From the human T2T-CHM13v2.0 reference genome, Homo sapiens, in the NCBI RefSeq assembly GCF_009914755.1, contig NC_060937.1: 64,000 bases of DNA; one strand, written 5' to 3'. Under the pieces are notes generated by a model. It did no database searches and was not told the DNA's origin. It saw nothing but the letters and a program-made list of their open reading frames with translations. The position numbers were made by a program, and so were the translations under genes. Each line of letters starts with the position of its first letter. The first letter of the stretch is position 1. Shown one piece after another: positions 56,989-64,000 of the stretch.

Positions 56989-57211
56989 CAGGGGTTTGCA
57001 AACTATGACCCATAAACCGAATCTTGCACATCAGTTGCTTTTATAAAGAAAATGTTCTTGTAATACAGCCAACTTATTTGTTTACATATTGCCTATTGCT
57101 GCTTCCACATTATGGTTTTAGAATTGAATATTTGTGACAGAAATTGAATGTTCCCAAAAGCCTAAATTATTTACTGTTTTCATGTTGAAAGACAGAATCT
57201 GTTTGTCCCTT
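56989..57211 (+). mobile_element. MER58A hAT-Charlie DNA transposon
   Basis: caggggtttgcaaactatgaccc...tttgtttacatattgcctattgctgcttcc...aaagcctaaattatttact. Confidence 0.8.
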
Positions 57212-58460
57212 AAATAAATAATAATCATCACTAAGCACATAAAGGTTTCTAAAAGAATTAAACTGAAATTAAAAGTAAGTTGTCTTAAGCTTGAGTTGTC
57301 ACTTCAAACTTTGTTATATCAGTATTTTCAACATTCCTTAGACTATATATTGTGCACATTTAAAAAGCTATAGTAGAGCAAACTAGTTATAAAAAAACTT
57401 AAAACTATTACCAATTCAAAATAAAATAAATGTTATATAACATGAAGAATTTTATAAATGTTGACATTCTCAAAGTGTAAATATTTTGTGTGTAATTGTC
57501 AGAAATTTAGCTACAGTTTCTTCTCTCATTTACATCTGCCAAATTTGCTAAAAATGACTATTGGTTTATAGTTTATATCACAGCTGCTGAAATTTATTTT
57601 TTATAGAATGGCTATTTTTCTAGCTTTTGGCACCATTAGTTTTGTAAAACTAACTGAGCTTTAGTGGCTTTAGTGTGACAGCACTTGAAACTTGTCATAG
57701 GAAGGTTAAAATCTTAGTTACCATGGCATACAGCATTTCTCACATGTTTAACATATTCCTATTTTTGATGTTAGATACAAGAAAAACAAGGAAACCAACT
57801 AAAACTAGAGCTCTCAAAAAGAAATAGAAAATTACATATTGACTCCACATTTTGAAAATATTCCAAATAGACATTCATTTAAACTCTTGCACCCAAATTT
57901 TTAACAATACACCAATATTTACTTTAAAATGTCATGAAAAGATAATTCTTTTTTTTGGGGGTGCATAGCCTTCATTTATTTTGTAAAGGCTCAAATGATG
58001 GTGGGGGGACTACCTTTATAAACTGGAGAGAAGTTTCCATCACCCATGGAGGACCCCAGTGTTGGTTCCCATGCTGCATCTTTCTGAAGATATCCGAATG
58101 GTTGATAACCTTGTTTTGCAAACAACATTCAGGAAAGAGTAAGTTGCTAGGACTGCACTATGAATCACTAGTGAAGATGCTGGATGTAGAAATCTTTGCT
58201 GCCGGTTGAATGCACTACTCATCTGACAATACTTTCTTTCAAATAAAGTCTTCTCCCATGTTTACAAATTGCACAACTATTAGAGGTAAATAAAATTTAA
58301 TACTTTTGCTTCTAGCTTAAAGTGAGAAATGTAGAATTGTGCCAAAAGCTGATAATCTCTTCTTGGCTGGTTCAGTGGGAGTGGTTTAGAAGTAAGGTCT
58401 CCAGTCTTTCATAACTAGTTTCTTTTTTATGATTTTCCTGGGAATTTCCAGTTCCAGATA

Positions 58461-59792
<1,332 letters not shown>

Positions 59793-60619
59793 TTATTCAT
59801 TCAGTATTTGCCAAACATTTTCTAAAGGCTGAGATTATCTAAGATGACAATATGTCACAAATTGTTAAAAAATGTATATGACGTGGTATAGAAATACTTA
59901 CAAAGTCAGTATAACTAAAAGTAAAATAAATCATTGTAGATTTCAAAATATAACAATTCAAAAAATAAATATATTGCTTGGGATAATTTTAAAAAAGTGT
60001 TGGAAAGAACCCATTTGATTTATGCATTGAAGAAAAATTCTGGGGTAATATGACCAACATTAGAAAAGTATTGCCTTTTATTCCCCATTATATTTTAGTT
60101 ATTAATTTTAGTAATGTATGGGATATTGGGGGAGTGTATCATAAACATGTACAATACTTAAAATTGAAACTCTTTAAAATTAAATATATTTGATTCTTAA
60201 AATTAAGATAAATTAGAAATAAATTCATTAAAAAATTAGTCTGAAATATGATGAAAATAATATAAAATCTATCTTCTGTATGCTTTGTAATAAAATTCAA
60301 ATATATTATTATCCACAGATAACTTTAAAGATGGTATTTAATTTAGAATTTTTGAGATTATTGGAGCATCTAAATTACTAAATTTTAGTGTTGAAATACC
60401 TGCTTTTTAAATGTATTGTTTCCTCAAAACATATTTAAATTTATTGAATATTTATTTGCACACTTAGCAAAACAAAAATATTGAATGCACTAATACATTT
60501 TCAATATAATTGTCCCTTTTATCTTTTAATTTATTATTTTACCTATTGGCTATTTGGAACTGTATTAAAATGTTTTCTAGTGAGCTATTTTTAATTGACT
60601 TCCAGGTAAATTCTATTGT

Positions 60620-61320
60620 AAAATACCCAAAACACAGCTACAAAAATGTTTATAGTTGCATTATTTAGAATAGTCTCAAAGTATAATCAATCCAAATATT
60701 TAACAATAAAATGGATCAATCAACTGTGATATAATCATGAATGTATTTCTATAAAGAAGCATTTCTTAACAGTTGATCTTTTTGGCTGAATAATTTTTGT
60801 TGTAGGAGGCTGTCCAGTATATTGTAGGATTTTTCTACCTACTAGATGACAGTAGCATTACCTTCCCAGTTATTACAACCTGAAATAGGTCCAAACATTG
60901 TCAAATATTTTATAGGAATCAAAATCCCCTTCAGTTAAGAGCCACTGCTATATGACAACAAAGTAAAGTAATTAAATATATGAAAAACAATGGAGATAAT
61001 TTTTATAAGTAAGTAAAATATTGAGCAAAAGAAACGGGGCACAGTCAATAACATAGTATGTAATTCCACTTATGGTAAGCCTAAAAGCAGTGACATTAAT
61101 CTATCAACTACAGTCAAGGTCTTGTGTATTACCCTTGTGTTGAGGGCATGCTGCAACTTGAAGGGACATGAGTGGACTCTTATGGAATAGGTAATACTGT
61201 GCCTGTTTTTCGCCCCCAGTTCCTGATTTCATGAGTGTGTTCAATTCCAGAAAATTTAGGTATAATCTGTACTTGTTATTTGTGTGTTTTTCCTTTATAT
61301 ATTTTCTTTAAAAAATTTCC
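60620..61320 (+). mobile_element. L1ME-type 3' remnant, interrupted by MER20
   Basis: aaaatgtttatagttgcattattt..., atagtatgtaattccacttat, atgagtgtgttcaatt. Confidence 0.55.
60757..60947. mobile_element. MER20 hAT-Charlie DNA transposon
   Basis: ataatttttgttgtaggaggctgtcc...ctactagatgacagtagca...ccaaacattgtcaaata...cagttaagagccactg. Confidence 0.8.
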
Positions 61321-61575
61321 TTCAAAAATATAAAAATTTAAATTAAATTAAAATGTCTCTGAACTAATTATGGAAAACAGTTTAAGCTGCCTTCTAACCA
61401 GTTTTCATCATTTTTCTTAATAGCATATTCGAGTAACTTTGCTTCATGATCAAACATTGCAAAGAATGCTACTCACTGGATTTGGAAAAGTAGTTTTTGG
61501 ATCTACTTCTTGTACTCTTCGTAGGTTTGAGAATTGAAATCTCAGGTGTGTTCCATTGCTTATCTTAAACACAAA

Positions 61576-62020
61576 TGTGTGTGTGTGTATATATACATAT
61601 ATATACACAAATTGTGTGTATATATACATATATTCATATATTATATACCTATTACACATATATAATACATATACATATTATACATACATAATTATATATA
61701 ATATATATAATTATAAATATATAATATATACATATATTATATATGTATACATGTATATATAAATATATATTATGTATATATAATATATATAATATATATT
61801 ATATTATAATATAATATATTATATTATACATAATTATATATACATTATAATATATGTATTATATACACATACATATATGTATATAATATATGTATATAAT
61901 ATATACATATAGTATATGTATACAAATATACAAATATATACATATATACATATAGAAATATATACATATATTATATACATATTATATATGTATATAATAC
62001 AGTGTGTGTATATATATACT
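61576..62020. repeat. ~445-bp interrupted (TA)n / AT-rich low-complexity tract
   Basis: Continuous tatata/tacata/tataat sequence. Confidence 0.95.
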
Positions 62021-63029
62021 GTAAATTAAATAGTATCTGGGATATTCAATTAAAATCACATAAAGTCACATAAATGGATACGATGTTGAATGGCTACCAT
62101 TTACAGACAAATCAAGGTACTTGGCTACTTTGTAAAGGCAGAAAAAATAATTGATATGAGAAGCATGTTTTAATAAGCAGAGCCTCATCAGCTAACCATG
62201 ACAATGTATGACAGATCACCAAATTTACCAGTGATTCCATGTGTAAGAATCTGCATGTTGGAAAACATCAATAATAATACAGAACTTGCTCCATGCTTAT
62301 TTTAGAGCACAGTTCTATTAAATCTTTCCACATGATTTTATTAAAAATGTTTTGCAAATGTCATAGTAAACTGGTCAATAAAAAAGAAACATTTTTTATC
62401 ATACATAAATATGTATCATGACTTTTAAAATTAATTTTATAACATTCAGTTTGATTTCAATGATATTTAATTATTACAGCTTTTTAGTTTCATCATAGGA
62501 GAGGAGTACTTGGATCTTTATGCAGATTTCCTTGAAGTAAAAGGTTTTATTTATTTTCATTTTTTAAAAATCTCATGAGGTATGTATGTTTGGTGGTTGG
62601 TTTTAGTTTTAAAGAGTAGGATAAATTATTTTCAGTGACTTTTTCAAACCACGTCAAATAATAGGTTTTATATTGTTTATTTGTGTTTCCATATTTTCTG
62701 CTTTCAAAATCTGTTTTATTTTTATTATGTTCATAAATGTTAACACTCAATTAGAATAAGATAACTTTCAATGTTTGTTTTTACTTTCTCTCTTTTGTTT
62801 CTACTAACAAGAACTGCTAGCTAGCTTCCTGAAATTTAAATGTCATTTCTGGCTATTACCTATAAGGTCTTTGGCTATTTGCTGTTAGCATTATGAACAG
62901 TTTGAGTTCATCTGTGCGTTTTTGACAAATTCTTTTTCTTTTTAAATCTTCTATTAAAATCTAAGCTTAAAACAAACTACTGAATTTAAAGTATCATGTG
63001 TATGTATAATTATGTATATTATGTATGTA

Positions 63030-63963
63030 TATATTAGTTTCCGATTGCTGTTGAAACAAATTTACGCAAACTTACTCTGCTTGAAGCAACATAAATGTAT
63101 TATTTTACAGAGCTGCAGGTCCAAACTTTCATTGGGCTTAAAGTAAGGTGTCAGCAGAGTTGCTTTCCTTCTGGAGATTCTAGAAAAGAATCTCTTTTCT
63201 TGCATTTTCGAGCCTCTACAGGCTACTTGGCATTCAATGGCTAGTGGCACCTTTCTTTATCTTCAAAGCAAGCAGCATAGCATATTCAAATCTTTCTCTT
63301 TGATGTATTCTGACTTATAAGGCCTTTGTTTATTATATTGGGCTCACCCAGATTATATAAGATAATATGCCAATTTAAAAATTCTTCGGTTAGTCACATC
63401 TGAAAAGTATCTTTTGCCATGTAAACGAATACATTCACAAATTTCAGGGATTAAAACTTGGTCATTATGAGGTTAATTTTATGTGTCAGCTTAACTGAAC
63501 CATGGGATGCCTGGACAGCTGGTTAAACATTATTTCTGAGTGTCTGTGATGGTGTTTTCAGAAGAGATTAGTGTTCAAATTGGTGGACCAAATAAAGCAG
63601 ATTGTCCTCCGCAGTGTGGGTGGAGACCATTCAGTCCATTGAGAGCCTAAATAGAACAAAAAGGTAGAAAAGGGCTGGATTAATTCTGCCTGACTGATTG
63701 GGCAGGGTTATCAATCTTCTCCTGCCACTCCTGTTTCTCAGGCCTTCGACACAGACTGGAATCTCTACTATTGTCTTTCCAGGTCTCAGGCTTTGAACTA
63801 TATGTCACCAGCTTTTCTGGCTTTCCAACTTGCAAAGAGCAAACATGGAACTTTTCAGTCTCCATAATCACAAGAGACAATCTCTTACAATAAGTCTCTC
63901 TTTTACTGGAGAGTTCTGAAAAAATACAGATATCTTCTGGGGACAACTATTTTGTCTATCACA
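63030..63963 (-). mobile_element. MLT1C/D MaLR LTR, interrupted by MLT2
   Basis: tattagtttccgattgctg...aaggtgtcagcagagttgctttccttctggag...cttttgccatgtaa. It resumes at 63929 with gatatcttctggggacaactattttgtctatcaca. Confidence 0.85.
63466..63928 (+). mobile_element. MLT2 (B/D-like) ERVL solo LTR
   Basis: ggttaattttatgtgtcagcttaactg...aaacattatttctg...aatagaacaaaaagg...ctggagagttctgaaaaaataca. Degenerate 5-bp TSD gtcat / gatat. Confidence 0.88.
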
Positions 63964-64000
63964 ATACATATATATTTTAAACATCTCAACCCTGAGAAAA

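Overview
This is AT-rich, CpG-depleted primate (very probably human) gene-desert or intronic DNA, made mostly of interspersed repeats. These include old L1M/L2/MIR fragments, L1PA and Alu insertions, ERV1, ERVK, ERVL and MaLR LTRs or internal fragments, and Tigger and hAT-Charlie DNA transposons. I see no intact protein-coding gene, rRNA, tRNA or CRISPR array, and nearly all ORFs in the track are spurious or repeat-derived. The only host-gene-derived feature is a decayed, intronless MOB1A retrocopy (CDS remnant 29347-29965) whose 5' UTR is split by an antisense solo LTR. The most notable structures are: (i) an L1PA insertion with a twin-priming 5' inversion and an apparent ~285-bp 3' transduction inside one TSD; (ii) a 41-bp minisatellite of inverted Forkhead motifs; (iii) a partial second copy of an LTR27-like element flanked by a 10-bp direct repeat; (iv) several nested insertions with readable TSDs. 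I find no evidence for a genuinely new biological system. Repeat subfamily names come from recalled consensus sequences and need RepeatMasker/Dfam confirmation. Boundaries of old elements are approximate.
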